Shown: positions 39,728 to 55,600 of the stretch, piece after piece
How the letters are laid out: each line of letters opens with the position of its first letter
Numbering within the stretch: the first letter of the stretch is position 1
Source of the DNA: Chrysomallon squamiferum
Taxonomy: Eukaryota > Animalia > Mollusca
Direction of reading: 5' to 3'
Assembly: GCA_012295275.1 (NCBI GenBank)
Contig: CM022665.1
Span: 5,766,001 to 5,830,000 of the forward strand
DNA length: 64,000 nt
The notes under the pieces: model-generated
Seen by the model: only the letters and a program-made list of their open reading frames with translations
Told to the model about the DNA's origin: nothing
Database searches by the model: none
Translations under genes and position numbers: made by a program

Positions 39728-40095
39728 GGACAAAGACTGAACAAAAAGGAGAGACAGACACTTTATTTTGGACGTTACATCTGTCACAATATACGTCCCC
39801 TTTTCAGAAATTCTGAATCCGTCCCTGAAGGGAGTTTATGGTGAAATCGAAACTGAGATGGGTTTATGCGTGCATGTATATTATGTCCGTATAGCTTATA
39901 TGTTAAAGACTGTATAAAAATCACTCGTATTCTACTCTCAACACTATAAACTGACTTCTCTTATGACTAGCAGACGTTTGAGTATTGCTCTCTCTCTCTA
40001 TAAAAATAATTTATATTTTTCAAAATAGCGTTTGTTTATTTGTATTTATTTTGCACTTTTCTATTCTCTAAATAAATATTATGTCCATGACTGCT

Positions 40096-40126
<31 letters not shown>

Positions 40127-41735
40127 AATCGTTTTCGGCTTGAATTAGGATTTCTTCCGCGCCGAAAAATTTGTGAAGAATCGATGGTTTTCAAAGACAC
40201 GTGCTGATAACTTTTATAATTGGCGATATTGCATTGATCTTGGAAGCAGCCATATTTCCCTGCTGTGCTAGTAATAGTATTATTGAACAAAGACCAGATA
40301 CACCTTTGTTAGTTCATTTTACATTATATATATTTTTATGTTTTTTGTTTTTTAAGACTTCATTCATTTTTGTGGGAGGAATCGTCATTTGCTTACTGTT
40401 TTGACTACTACTACTTTGTATTTCCTAGTGCAGTTATTTCTGTTACTTGTGCTATTTCTTCTATTACTATTACTACTACTTCTGCTAGTACTACTACTAC
40501 TACTACAACTAATAATAATAAGAAGAAGAAGAAAAAAAAAGAAAAGAAAGAAACATAAACACAGTTTTGTGTTTAATTAAATTTCATTACCTCTGGGTCA
40601 AGTTAATATGATTTTAATGTTTCAGATCATAACAAAAATGTTTGGATTTGATTTTATTATTATTTTATTTTGATTTTCAGTTAAATTAATTACCTTTACT
40701 AATAAAAAAAAAAACAAAACATGAAACACACATAATATTGTTTAAAATAAAAAATAAAATAAAAATTGAAATAAAAAAAACATTAAAACAAAACGAAAGA
40801 AAAAGATTAATGACAAATCAACGTGCGATATTTTCTGCTTTTCTCAATGGTGGCTGTTTTTTCGAAATATTTTTTTCATTTTCTAATCAGTTGGAATTTC
40901 CTGTTTAAAAGCTTTCTTTACGAAGTATATTTATTCCGTTCTGCTAGTGAAAATGTGGACCAATGTACCATAAACTCGATAGACGTCTGCTTCTAAAAAC
41001 GCCCGCCAACATTTAGCTAATTAAAGAATGTCAGACGAAATGGAAACGAGCAGAAAACATGTGCATACAAACCAGAGAACGTCGCATATTCGCTGAGAGA
41101 AAAAGTGTCATTTCAAATGAACTGTTCAACGTGATTGATGCTCGGTGTGCCAGGGAGGGGAAATAATCGAAATGCTGACAGAACTAAGTCTTTATGATTG
41201 ATCTGAAAAGATAGCAAAATTGACAAGTAGAGATTTTTAAATATAAATTATACGCAATTTTATTTTTTAAATTGGAAAATTAAATTTATATGTATATATA
41301 AAAAAAAACCCATTAAGTTTCTTTCTTTCCTTTCTTATATTTGTTTATTAATTTTTATTTATTGTCATTATTACTATTTAAATATTTTTATTGTTGTTTA
41401 TTTATGTGTTGTTGATTTTTTTTATGTAGTTTTAAAAATAAAATGAATTTGCTAAAAAGACTGAAAAAAAAAGATATGACTAATGATAAGTAAAGATATT
41501 TAATATAAATTACAAGTCAAAGTGATTTTTTATTCCGCTTTTTTTGTCAGAATTTAAAACGTATTTTAAATAATATTTTATAGATATTTAATGCTTTAAA
41601 ATAGAATAAAATGAATTTATTTATTTGTATAAGTAGACACGAATCCAAGTGTTCAAAGAAATGACGGCGCCATCACTATGTTGAATATCACTTTAAAGAT
41701 GAAATGGGGTCTTTACACCAGATCATACGATAGCT

Positions 41736-41771
<36 letters not shown>

Positions 41772-42014
41772 CAGAAACAAAACTTGTATACTGCTAAGTG
41801 GGAATACAGTAAACAGACTGTCAATTTCAGAAAAATGGGGCGTCATCAGTGTAATTTTTGAAGATGAAAAATGTTTCATTATAAATCATTTTTAAAATGT
41901 CGATCATAAAATCACGCGTGAGGGCCGCGTATCGACTGAACCTCACTGCTTGTATCTGCAGCTGCATTAACAGTTGGTTAATTTTGCTTTTGAACCAGAT
42001 CGTCTGAATAATTG

Positions 42015-42160
42015 TTTCTGGATCCCATATTTCTAATTAAGAGGAGTTGGCCCCACAGTGATGACAGCTGGCTTCCAGTACTAATATCAAAATAACGCTG
42101 TGACATACGCAAGCTGCAGATTAGAAAAATGCGTGTTGGTCGAATTCGTTAAACGATATT
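42015..42160 (+). mobile_element. Possible degraded SINE 3' half, same family as the fragment at about 3850
   Basis: gatcccatatttctaattaagaggagttggcccc...gtgatgacagctggcttcc...gtgttggtcgaattcgttaaac. Similar in layout to the 3850 fragment. Confidence 0.35.
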
Positions 42161-43902
42161 ATCGTCTGGACTGAGCTTTTCCTGTCGCCCATTTCTTCTT
42201 TGTTTTTGTTATAAACAAATGTCTGTGGTGTGGCATTTTAAAATCCTTTCTTTAATATCAGTCAAATTTGCTTGACTTCTGTAATATATACTTGATTTAA
42301 CAATTAAGGAAAAAGAAAAAGAAAAGAAAGTCGCCATTACAATGTACCGCCAAGAGAAAATAAATATTTTACTACTACTACTACTACTACTACTACACAC
42401 TACAATTAATAAAAATTATATCTGACGCTTTTTTAAATTTATTTATTTAATTATTTATTTATGTTATGTTTTTGTGATAGTGTGTGTGTATTTTCTGATC
42501 TTGCTCATTCCATCTTCCCTTCATTCTTTCTTTGATTCACTCATTCATAACACAACAGTCGAATTCGCGACCATCAGTCAGAGCAAACCAGTCTCTACGG
42601 ATTTCATAAAATCCTGTACTCTCCGTCTGTCCATCCATCCTTCTGTCATATTAATTCCAGAAAGGATTTCTTTAAAAGTTACTGATCGATTACGACATGA
42701 GTGCCCCGTGTTACAAAATGCCAAACTCGACTGTAGCATTTTAACTCGGATAATTCGTCTATCGACTGATTCTCACATTTCATAATAAATATGGGAGAAG
42801 AGGTTGTGCTCTGCCTGGTATGTGGTACAAGTTGAGTCTGACCTTTGACTTCCAGTTCTGATCTTTGATTGGAAGGAATTGATCCTCAGTTTCTGTTTGT
42901 CTGTATCCGAAATATAAACAAATTACTGGGAAAAATCCACATAGCTATTCCTGTGACAACAGTTATTATTTACTGTTATTAGAACAACATCTACTACTAC
43001 CACCACCACCATCACCACCACTACAACCACTACCTTTACTAATACTGCTACTACTATTACAATTATTTCTGCTATCATAAGTAGTAATTAATAAATTTAC
43101 TGACATTAAAATAACAACTATATATAATGGTATTACTATTATTACCATCGTCACCACTATTATTACTACCACTGCAAAAACAACAACAGCTACTGCTACT
43201 ACTATTACCACCAATACTTCCATTAAAACTATTTGTAGTGCTACATCTACTACTATAAAATTCCGACTGGAGCCCGATTACAGAAAAATGGGGTGGGTAA
43301 AAATTTCATTAACTAATGATCAGTGTTCAATTTTTATTATTTTTTTAATGTTCATCGGGCACCCTTCATATTTTCCCTCGCCCCGCTAAGAGCTTATTAT
43401 TAAAGAGTTAACGAAATTGGCTAAAAGACTTTTAACAGAGCAGAGTACATCGTGATCAGTTCTGTTTACTTGCAAAACCACACGAAAGAGAAATCAGTAG
43501 TTTATCAGATAAAAAATAATAATAATAATAATAAAAAAGAACAAAAAAAAAGCTAAACACACGTTCCCCTGACATAACGTTCGGCAAAGCCCATTCATGT
43601 CACTCAGATGTTAAAACTGCTCAGAGTATCAGAAATGTAGCGCCTCAATTTGCAACTCTTCAACAACAATTATATGAGCGTCATCGCCGTTTACACAACG
43701 ATGCGCGGCATCCGAGCAATGTAAACGAGCAACGTCAGTGAATTCTTTAGCCCTAGTTACAGGTGTATCTTGTAATCACGGTTCCCGGTTACAAATCGTG
43801 TTTACCTCCAACAATTTCCTCCCACACCACCAGTCACTGACAGAGATGAGCGCCAGTCTGCCCAACAGATGCTAAGGTAACGTGAAGTTAACAAGATTTT
43901 TA

Positions 43903-44073
<171 letters not shown>

Positions 44074-44807
44074 ACTATTATTACGATTAAACTGTAATAA
44101 TATTTAAATAGTTATATGTATGTTTGTGTATGGTATGTACACCAGTCTACGTTTGTGTGTATGTATCTATATACGTAGATTTGTGTGTTAGTCTATATAT
44201 GCGTGTATGTTTGTGTGTGTGCGTATTTTTATGTTTCTGCTTGGATGGGTGGGTGCATACAACCCTTAACACACCGAACAATTATTTCGTCTGCCTGATT
44301 TTGTACACACACTAAACTGTACACCAAAAACCTATAAATATTTATAGAGATCAATATTAAAATTCTACACCGGATACTTTTTATTCCTTTTTAGGAGATA
44401 AAGCAACAAAATATGATCTTTGATGATCATCTCTTTCCGACAAACAGTGAATTAGAAGGTATTCAGCAGCGTGTAAAAGTAGGCTCAGTTTATAACAGAC
44501 GCGGAGGAAATTAACCAAGACAGATTTGTTTTACTTGCAGTCTCTTAACCAGAAAAGATAAACATAGATGTACTTAGGCAGAGGCGATAACGAAGCATAA
44601 GCTGCGTAATCTTTTCAGAAAAACCAGTATAGGATACCCAGACGATTACAAATAGTTATACAAAAAGTGTTCTTTTTTTTTTCTTCTTCTTTTTTTAATT
44701 ATTATTATTATTATTATTATAGACAGTTTTAAATTCTGTTTATATCTGACGTCCAATTAAAATTAAGTATGCAAATGAGCAAGCCGTAAGCGCAGATTAA
44801 CAAGATT

Positions 44808-44841
<34 letters not shown>

Positions 44842-44997
44842 GCTCTCTCACCATGAATTTGGGCCATCAGAACCTATCTATATTATATCTGTGTCTTTTA
44901 AATCTGAAATATGTGCCAGAGTTTCATTCTGTTTTCTATTCTTTACCTTTCGTTCTTGATTATTTCAACACTGATCTGTGGTGATGAGGGATAGAGA

Positions 44998-45083
<86 letters not shown>

Positions 45084-46073
45084 CTTAATTCTAGATTGAT
45101 TGTGACATGATCTGTGCCATCTTTGTCGGCCATACAGATTCTGTTCAGTCAATGACATCAACAAAAAACCTAACAGTCACTGGTGCCAACCGCAACATGT
45201 TTTCCAATACAGAATAACTGAGGCATTGTTTTCTGCATAATTATTTAGATTTTTGCTTTGTTTTAAACATTCTATTTTCCGCAGAGATATAATAAATTAC
45301 CATCATGCTTTGAAAACATTTAAAGAAATTGATACCGAACAACGGCTAAACCTTCCTAATAACAAGACCATAAAACGTCTGCGTATGTCACTGAGTTTCC
45401 AGCAAGATCTTAAAAGCCGCACTCCGGCTACTAGCATCAGTAAAGTGTCCAAAAGAAATCTGACGATTGCAGTGAATTACCGCAAATACGAGACAGAGAG
45501 TAAAACAGTAATAAAAATGATTTATCAATTCAAAACCGTCACACGCGTTGAATTCGTCATGAAATATTGCATATTGCGGATGTCAAGGTTATAAAATGGA
45601 ATGAATAATTTCATCTTCATGAAAACAAATTTCCGGATTGTTAGTTTTGTCCCAGTGAGTGTATAAAAAGAGATTTTTGCGTGGATTATGAATCTTTCTG
45701 CTTGCTGGTTTCCCACACGGTGACAGAGTGTAAACTTATACATAATGTTCAAAATTGTCACACGGTTATAATACACGCTTACCGATTGTCTCGTAATGAT
45801 ATATAACTTTAAATCTGAGCATAGCTGTGACATAAGGGAACGGTAGATCATCATCACTTGTGTCACTGTGTAAAGTGGAGACTTTATGAAATTTTAAAAC
45901 GTAGATAATGTAATTGGAATATGATGAAGGAAAAAGTATGGATGGCTTAAAATATTGCAATGAAAAATAGTTCATTTACTGGATGGGAAAAGAAATAAAA
46001 AAATAGCATTTCAATTTTTTAATACAGTTAATTGATTGTTCAAATTATCTGAATTAAGTAATTAAATAAACTG

Positions 46074-46124
<51 letters not shown>

Positions 46125-47488
46125 GTAATAGTAATGATAATAATAATAAGAACAACAACAACAACAATAACCATAATAACGGTGTCGTTATTTTCTTTTG
46201 AGTATGGTTTCGAGATTGATCCCGGGTAGGGTTTAAGTATAGGAAAAGAATCAAAACTTTGCAGTGCAGTCCACAAAAATAATTAGAAGAAAAACAATTA
46301 AAATAAGAACATGTGGTAGAAGTTGGAAACAAGAAGTGATCAGCAAAAGAATAGGACAGAATGAAATAAGAAGTAGGAAGGGAAAAAAAAGAAGAATGAG
46401 GAAGTAGATACGAAGGTCTACAATAAGAAGTATATTAGAAGGAAAAAAAAGGAAGAGGATTAGATGAAGTAGGAAATAATAAGGAAGAGCTGAAGAACTG
46501 GGTTAATGTAAGAAAAAAGACGAGCGAGACGAAAAAGAAGAAAAACTAGATAATGGTCTCCAAGTTAATTCACTCCATTAATTACGTCGTGTGAGTCAGA
46601 CGACACTTTTCAGCCAAATGATGTCGGATAACGATGATGACACGATTTTCTCTCCAGTTCATTTTCAAATTGTCAGAGTTACGATTTGGTCTTCGACACT
46701 TTTCCTACCCTCTCTTCACCGCGGCATGATTCAATACGTCGTTCCAAACGAACCACGCCAATATCTCCGCTCTACTTTAGCCTTTTAAAAAAAACACCTT
46801 TTAATGAAGTTAATTGGTCTGCTCATTGATTTTACGTCTTTAGCAGTATTGAACAATTCTTGGTATGTCAATGAGAAAAAACACTTTTCAGCTCTAAGTT
46901 AAAAATAATTACTTTCTATGGACCAATAAAGCACGTCTGTTATAGTTATGCAGCTGCCCTAATGCATGGCCATGATCATTTCCCTCAACAGCATTCTGTT
47001 TAGACCACTCAGCGTGTACTGTAAATTTACTTGTTAAACATACGTAACTGAGATTCTGTCTATTACAGGTTTACTTGTCAATGAATGAATCTGTTAACCA
47101 TACATAAATAAATTTTGGCTGGTAACATATTTACTTGTCTAGTACCGTTTTACTTCTTAATGAAGATATTTTAAAAAAAAAAAAAAAAATTAAAAAAGGC
47201 ATTTTAATAATGACTGTTAGTTATATTAGGTTTAAGTAATTCATACTATATGAAATGAGAAAAAAAATCATTTCGTAGGAATTGTATCATCATTCGCAGC
47301 TATGCACGCGCGAAATCATCTTGGAAATTATATTTAACTAACCCAAAGTTTTAATACCAACTGGGCATGCTTTCAAGCTTAACTGAATAATAAACAAAAA
47401 GGAAAATTACTGATCTCTAACTAATATTTCAAACAGTTTATAATTTCTTCTTTTCCAAAGTTATTTTATCAAAAAATTACATCCATTA

Positions 47489-47646
47489 TGGTATCTGTTT
47501 ATAGCATGTTCAAAAAATTATATATCAGAATTTTTTGTTTTTAAAAAATAAAAATTTAAAAAGATGTTTGGTATCTGTTTATAGCATGTTCAAAAAATTA
47601 TATATCAGAATTTTTTGTCTTTAAAAAATAAAAATTTAAAAAGATG
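47489..47646. repeat. Recent 80-bp tandem duplication (2 copies)
   Basis: tggtatctgtttatagcatgttc...aaaaagatg starts at 47489 and again at 47569, with one internal substitution. Confidence 0.95.
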
Positions 47647-48667
47647 CATGATAATACCTGGACGCATGATGGTAACAGATATGTTGGTTATGCAGACAAT
47701 CAATCAATGTCCATTTTTGCTATATGTGTTTCTTATCAAACATCGCTTTAGAAGACAGCTGCCGTTTCCATTGATCTGACTGGGAAACTCGGTCTAGTGT
47801 GTAGGAAAGCGTCAGTTAATTGAATTTCAGTCACTGATGGAGTAATTGTGTTCTTATCGCCGTGTCCAACACTGGGTTAGTGGGTTGGACCTTTCATCAG
47901 TATTTGAGAAGCGTTCGCATCTCGTTTACACGGGCAAAATGGGTAAACAAAATATCCAAAATGGCCCTTTGTCTGACCGGTGGTCAGTTCGATCTCATCG
48001 ATGTCGGTAAACAGAATGAAACTTGTATTTGACTGACCGCGGACCCTCGATGACCGGAAAGAACTGCTGTGCACCTTTCTCTTGGTCACTGAGTTCTATT
48101 ATCCTGAAACGATACGGCGAATAACGTTAAACAAATTCGTTAAGTTTTTTTCATGCACTGAAATTCGGAATTCGTCTTGCAACCGAGATTAAATTATCAC
48201 ACATTTAAGTTTAGATGTGTCAACATACTGCATGAAACTGTAAGAACCGCACCACCACCAAAGATATAATAATAGTAATTAGTGCTAATTTACTCCATTA
48301 CACTAAATAATATTCTTTAATTTTATCTTTTGTAAATTAATAATTAATTTTTTTTTTTAAATTAAAAATCAACGTAACTGTTTTACAAACAGTTTAAAAT
48401 ATTTTTGTTGCAGATATTTTAAATCATTTGTATCTACAAACATGCAAAAAAAATATTAAGAATAATTTCATAAGTACGAATTTTGTTTTTAATTTTATTT
48501 AGGTTGTTAACTTTATAGTGAAAAAACCCAAAACAACAACAACAAAAAGCTATAGATTTTTATTCAAAAAAAGAAAGAAACAGCAGCTGTTAATGTGAAT
48601 TAATAAAGGGTTTGAAAGTTTGAAATAATAATTCTGTTCCTGTTAGTTGTAGTATACATTCAAGGAA

Positions 48668-48736
<69 letters not shown>

Positions 48737-49169
48737 GTTCTGTTATCTTTACCGTTAAACGAATTTTAAATTTCCTTCAACAACGTCAGAAAACTCTTTG
48801 TTTATTTATAAAAGTTTAATTTTTAATTTCAATACAATTTCTTTGCTTAGAAGTTATAATTATATATTTAAAGCTGTTTTCTTTTTCGAAAGAGTCTCTA
48901 TCCGTATAGTTCAGACATTGACAAAATGATAATATTTGGTGGCATTCTAACTCATTCTTATAAAGGGAAACAGATTTCCTTGGTTCGTATCCAGAAGTTA
49001 ATATCGATGGTAGGCCAATCGTTAGTGTTGTCCATACATCTTCAGTTGAACAATGAACTTGGTGCATTCTGTTGAACTTCTGCGGGGGACTGACCGCTAT
49101 ACACGGAAACAAATCATTTAATTACTTGGATTTTGGGCTATAAAGACGCCATCTTGGCTTGTGATATCG

Positions 49170-50900
49170 AGACATGATTGACCAGAAAAACAGGATAATG
49201 GGAAGTACGACGGCATGTATGTGGACCCTTTCAGCGAGAATCAATCTCAAACCCAAACACTGGTATAATCTGATCAAGAAATCCTTGACCGATCACTTGA
49301 GTGTAGCATTCATAGAAATAGGTGTAATCACAACATATTTACAGATGGAGTTAGGGATCCGCATGGTTGTAAATCTATAAAAATCATAAAAAGGTCACCA
49401 AGATTAGGTTCAGGAGCATAACCCCAGTTATTGATATTTCTAACTCTATTTGAACTAAAGCTATTAAACAAACAATATGACACCATCAGAGATAATATTT
49501 TAAAAATCTGGATGTATGCTGTATCTTTGGTGTGGAAGTCAAATGCAGCAATCTTGTGTTCTATACAAAACCCAAGTCGTAAACATTTTAGTTTAAATCT
49601 AAAACAAAACAATTAAAATACAAACACAGTGAAGCTAGACTAATTAATAAGGTTAGTTTGAGAAACAGAACAGACAAGTTTATGTATGACAGTTATTTAA
49701 CAAAAACGTTGTTATTAGATCGTTTGACGTGATTTAAACAGAAGACAAACTGAACAGGGGACACTGTGGCCTTGGCTGATACCATTTTTGAAAAAGAAAT
49801 ACGATTTGATTTGTTACGTTTATTTTAATTTATTAATATTTAGTTATGTATTAACTATCGCCATATTAAAAATAAATATACATTGGCTACACGTACAAAA
49901 TAAAAAAAATTGCACATCATAAAAGTATGTATGTTCATGAAAGCATTCATTGACTTCTCAGAATTGTGTCAAGACTGTTTTGAGGAAGAAGAGAAATTAT
50001 TTTAAATGTTTTGATCATTTTACTTAGTTGTAGGGAATTATTTAACTGGGAATATTATAATGTTAAGATCACTTGGAAAATATAATCCGACAGGGTATGT
50101 CGACCTCCAGAAACGCCTTGATATTTTTGAAGAATAGATTATTCTTCGTACAGATTCTTGAAATCAATGCAGTCTTTTCCTGAAAAAGGTTTATGATGTA
50201 GTTTATTGTTATTGTGGGTTTTTTTTACTAGTCTGTTTATATTTTGATTATTTATTTTTTTACGACTATTGCTGTCTTTTATTATGTAACGCGTAAGCGA
50301 CTGGATCAGTCCAATAAGATAAAACTTTACGACAAAACTATAAATCGAACTAAGGAACATAAAAATAATACATTTATAGCAGAATAAAATATCAGAAACA
50401 TTTATTCATCTTCTGCATGAACGAAAACATTCTTCAAAAGAATTCAAACCCAGGTTAGAAAAGAACGGAGAAATCTAAACATTAGTAAAATATTATCTAC
50501 AATTCCAGATTCCCGAAATGAATAATGTATTCCCGAACAAACTGAAGACCAAAATGCAACCATAATAACATTTCCATCAGGTAGCTTATATTTTTTTTTA
50601 TCTTATTTAGGCATAATGTTAGAATAATATCTCTGACCCTGAACGACCAAATCTTTTTAAACACGAAGACATCATCTGCAAGGCTTGGTTTGTTGAACCT
50701 ACTGATTAGTATCTCCAACTGACAAAAGAGGTCTTTTGTTTGCCATCAGAGAAATGAATATCGCTGCACGGTCTGTAAAGTTTATTGCGAAATCATGAAC
50801 AAAGGGGACTAGAAGTCTTAAGAGGATTATTTGAAGAACTGAAGAATTATCATGTCAGCTGCACTTTCCACGTTCCATCTGCAGTCAAATAAAAGCGAGG
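49170..50900 (+). mobile_element. Heavily degraded DIRS-like (tyrosine recombinase) retrotransposon remnant
   Basis: Frameshifted fragments occur in the expected order: VDPF/SARIN (resembling DLFASRxN, about 49220), KVTKIR (about 49390), LKT...TFPSG (resembling LKT..ALASGRR, about 50545-50585), DQIFLNTK (about 50645) and HEQRGL...LF / IIMSAA.STF (resembling the recombinase HxxR...IMSAA.W..STF end, about 50795-50880). No intact ORF. Confidence 0.55.
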
Positions 50901-51186
50901 CAGTGCAGTCATCTTGGTTGATACTTTGGATTAAGGAAAACATCTTATCTTTTATTTGCAGACGATAAACCAGGTATTTATAGAATGGATAACGAAATAT
51001 ATCGACGTAACTATATGTGACATAACAACAATGTTCTCAGTCTTTTCCTTTCTTTCATTTTAATTAATAAAAAAAATAAAAAAAAAAAAAAAAAAAAAAA
51101 AAACATTGACTGAACACAATCAGACGAACCTTAAACGAATTTATTTCCATCATTATCATCATCTTCTTCTTCTTCTTCTTCTTCTT

Positions 51187-51246
<60 letters not shown>

Positions 51247-52578
51247 TTGAAAGAAATTAAAAAAGGAAAGGAAAAGAAAACCTAAAGTTCTGTTCAAGGT
51301 CATCATGGTGTTAAGTTTCCATGCACCTTAGTCTCTCGTTCTTTGAGGAAGAAGTGAGGCGGAAGTGATCAAATTAACAATGTCATATTGCGCTCTTCTT
51401 TCATCGTCGTTTATTTTATTTTAAATGCATTTAAAATTATAAATAAATAAAAAATAATATTTCATTACCATCCTAAATTAAGTACAAAAATATAAATCAG
51501 TTTACACGTAACTACTCAGTGTACAGTGCGCGGAGTAATACACCACTACTAGAACACAATCCCCCTCCGCACACACACACACATACACTTGTATACCAAG
51601 TTATTTACATGTATATTTTATACTGTATACTGCGCAAAATAATAAACACCAAACAGAACTGTACACCTCGTTCAGAAGATCTTTGAAAAAAAAAACCCTC
51701 TCCTCTGTAATTTCATACCACCACAAGTATGCAGGAAACATACACAATGAATACATGGAAACGTAAACAGAAAGCATACTGTTTACAGAATGCGATATGT
51801 AATTAGGAACATCATATTTCGAACAGGCTTGATATCGAAAGGAATTCCTTTCATTAATCAGAACCTATTACAGTTGTTCTGCAACTCGACAGAAAGACGA
51901 AAAGCTGATGAAGATTGATTTTGTGATACATTTATTTCTATTGATAATATAACAAATAAAGTGGACGATAATTGAATAACTCCGGAGATAGGAAACAGTT
52001 TGATAAGGTTCCGACAATGTTTCTATTCTGTAAAATAAAGATGGTCCAACGACGTCGATCATAATTTGATCAACGTCTGCCGACAAGACATATTGGCGTT
52101 TATCTCCCTTTGGTTGTAAGGTCATCCATTATTAATTGCCAGGATATGGCGGCCGCGCGCGCATAATTGAGATTGGTGACTTCGGGAATTCTAGGATTTC
52201 CTATTTGTCAGTAGTCTAACCTTAGAACCCCACTCTGCGCTGGTACAGTCAACAGAGAAACAATTGTATCTACAGAACTCTAGTATTTCAGAGAATATCG
52301 AATTCGAAAATTAAAAACCATCGGAAAATAGAATTTTTGCTTTTCCGTGTGGTGGAAAGGTTTTATTTTAAGACTTTCGTTTTCAAAACCGGTTTAAAAT
52401 ATATGTTTTGAAGTTAAATAATATTATATATATTTATTTTAAAAGAACAATTAAAAATGGTTATGTTACTTTTTATCATTTGTATATAAATATTTAAAAC
52501 TTGATATTGAGTTAGTCCCCTACTTTACAGCCTGTTTAGACTTAAATTCGTCTCTACATAAAATAAAAGTAAACGATA

Positions 52579-52609
<31 letters not shown>

Positions 52610-55600
52610 AAAAGAAGTAGAAAGGAAACAAAAAAAAAAGATGAGAGAGAAAATAAAAAATAAAAACCACGGCTTATTTCATTACTCTTTAAGCTAATAG
52701 CTCTGCACAAGCAAAACTGAAACAAACAATCGTAAAAAAAAAAAAATCTGAGTAATGCTAATTCTCAGTTACGTCCGGTCGGTCAAAATGTTACGCTGTC
52801 GTAAGTAAAGAATTATCTGATTTTATCTTTTTTTTTTAATTCATTTTTATTATTATTTTTATTTTTATTTTCTGATCTGTATGAAACCAATGTCCAATAC
52901 CACACTTTGATGGTGCGAGATTAATGAAAGTAGCATCACACACGTTCACTTGTATATATTTTGAAATTAGTTTTCTGTTCAGACAGATTAATCTTAAACG
53001 AGCAGTTTCTGCGCTGAACACCTGCATCATTAATGTTTTCACTGCAGCCGAGATTTCTGTTGTTTGAAAGCAGTGATTAGCACTGCAGCTTTGACTCAAC
53101 ATTATGTAATGGAGGATATGAAATAAAAAGGTTTTTCTTTCCGGTTTTCCGTTTGTTCTGCCTTTGTAGTTATTTCATTTCAAGCTGATAATACATTTAA
53201 TATGACTCTGACAGGCTATAAACATGATGTATAGCACTGACTATGAAATGTTATGTCGGTGTGTGTTTTCCATTCTACGGGAAATGTGCATACAAAATAA
53301 TGGATTGTTGCTAATCGATTGGTATTATAACAGGTTTCATCTCTGACATGATTACAAAAATCCACATTCAGATGTTGCTTAATATCTATTCACAGAAACT
53401 GTGTGTGAATAGTTATTAAATATCATCAGTTATTAAAATAAAAGAGTAAAATGGTATATTTTAACTTATATCAAGTGTACTCGGTATCTTCAGATCGAGG
53501 AATGCTTGAGTTCGTGAACATATCTATGCAAAACTGCATTTCAGTCATAGTAATAATTTAATTTCGATAATAAAAACAGCACTGCAGATTCTCGAAGCAG
53601 ATGATTTATAAAGATGGCGGGCAGTTGGTTATAATCCAGCTCTGGAGTATATTAGATTTAATTAGAATGTTTAATGTAGAAAAAAAACATGGATTAGCCT
53701 AACACGGCGAATAATTTCTAACACATTTTCAATAAGCATTTGTCCAATTTGTTAAATAAAAAGGAAGAAAGAGGTTTCTCGTTCATGTTGCAAATCGAGA
53801 TTTATATCTTTTGTGAAAATTACGTTAATAACTGAACATTTTTCACTAGCAATTCACACAACAGAATATTACTGTGCTGGGGGTATGGATGCATAAAGAC
53901 ATTTTTTAATAATATTAAAATGCTTGGATGCCCCAGCTGAATGGAATTCAAGAACACACAAATGTTGTTAAATCATCCTGATAAATAATGATTTTTTTTT
54001 TTATTTTTTTTTTTTTAAATCGAAATATTTTTACTTTTTTAAATTAAAACAGTTAATCAGAAAATATTAATCTACTAGCGCAAATTAATATTTCGGAAAT
54101 GTTATTAAATTATTGATATACTGTAAAAATAGTTTTTATTTTTGTGTTCATTATATCTTATTCCTCTTATAAAAATTAGGTAGAAATGCAGTTGCCTTCA
54201 GTCTTGTCACATAGTAAGTTGTAAAGTTAATTAAAAAAATAATTTACATACAAATCTGTCATTAATTCCAGCTTATTTCAGTTTAATCTGAAAACGTTCC
54301 AAAAGGTTCTGATATTAAAATAGCTGGCATTGTAAGAGACATAGGCATTACAGTCCCATAATACTGATGACATTTTAATGTTCGTATGTAATAAACCAGT
54401 GACAACATTTTCATAAAGAATTCATTAATTCATTAATTTCCCCGTAATCTTTATTTGCTAGACAAATATTTTAAAAAACAAAATGTATTCATCGTGTCGT
54501 ACTATTTCATTTTACATTAGTTTTTTTTAGTTTTATTATTATTATTAATAAATATCCTTTACTCTGACATACTTTTTATAACAACTGTTTGTGCGATGTA
54601 ACAACAATGAAGTGACATCATTTGTGGCTTCTGCTTTGTGTAATGTTAATCAAGACGAAAGTGTTTTATTCCACTGTTAATTTATTCTGATTTTAAACTG
54701 TTTTGTTAAATACTTCAATGATAAAAAAAAAAAAAACTTTTACCACAGACCAACATTTTTTTCAACTTGTCTGGCTAATTTGTTCTTGTTTTATTAAATA
54801 TTTCGGTGATAAAACTTTGTTTTATTCTACTGCATTGTATACATTTAACATTCTTTTGTCCTCTGTCTAGATCTTCGAATATTAATGACGACACTCCATC
54901 GTAAGATGCTTTAATTTGTCAGTTCCACCGTGAATTACACTGAAGTATTTGAATAGCGTAATTACCTCGGTTCAACACGAGTGTACTTTCACTTGGTTTA
55001 CAGAAGACAGGCTGTCAGAACACTGTTAATGTAATAGTTATAATGAAGACGAAGCATGGATACAAAAACCTCTGTCGAGTAGGACCGAGAAAATTAACTT
55101 TTTTTTCTGTAACTTTAATACAAGAGAGTTTCATTGAGCGAAGATAACCGGCATAAGGCAGCCATGTCAAACTCCCTTCGGTATAGAAATAAATCGATCA
55201 AAATTTAGTTTTTCGGTATTTCCTAATGGAAATATTAAACACATACTCGAGTTTCGACAGCTCATCTAACTGTCAAATACGTGATGCAAAGACTTTCGTT
55301 TTTTCAGGAGCCACTTACATTTCCCGAAAAAGGGACGAAATTGAGAGAACGGCAGACCATTTTTCTGAAAATACCTAAGCGACGGAGATAGACACAAGTG
55401 TTTGAATCTTTAACGATATATTAACGTACTGAAAACTGTCCGTTATTGCGCATTGTGTTTATGGTAATTGCCAGACTTAAAGAGAGAGAGGAAAATGTTG
55501 CAGTCGATCGACGACGCACGCCCACAATGAAGCATCCAGATGACCTTATGACAAAAAACTTGTACTTTTGTTTTTAATATTGCCTTCTTTATTAAAGCGT

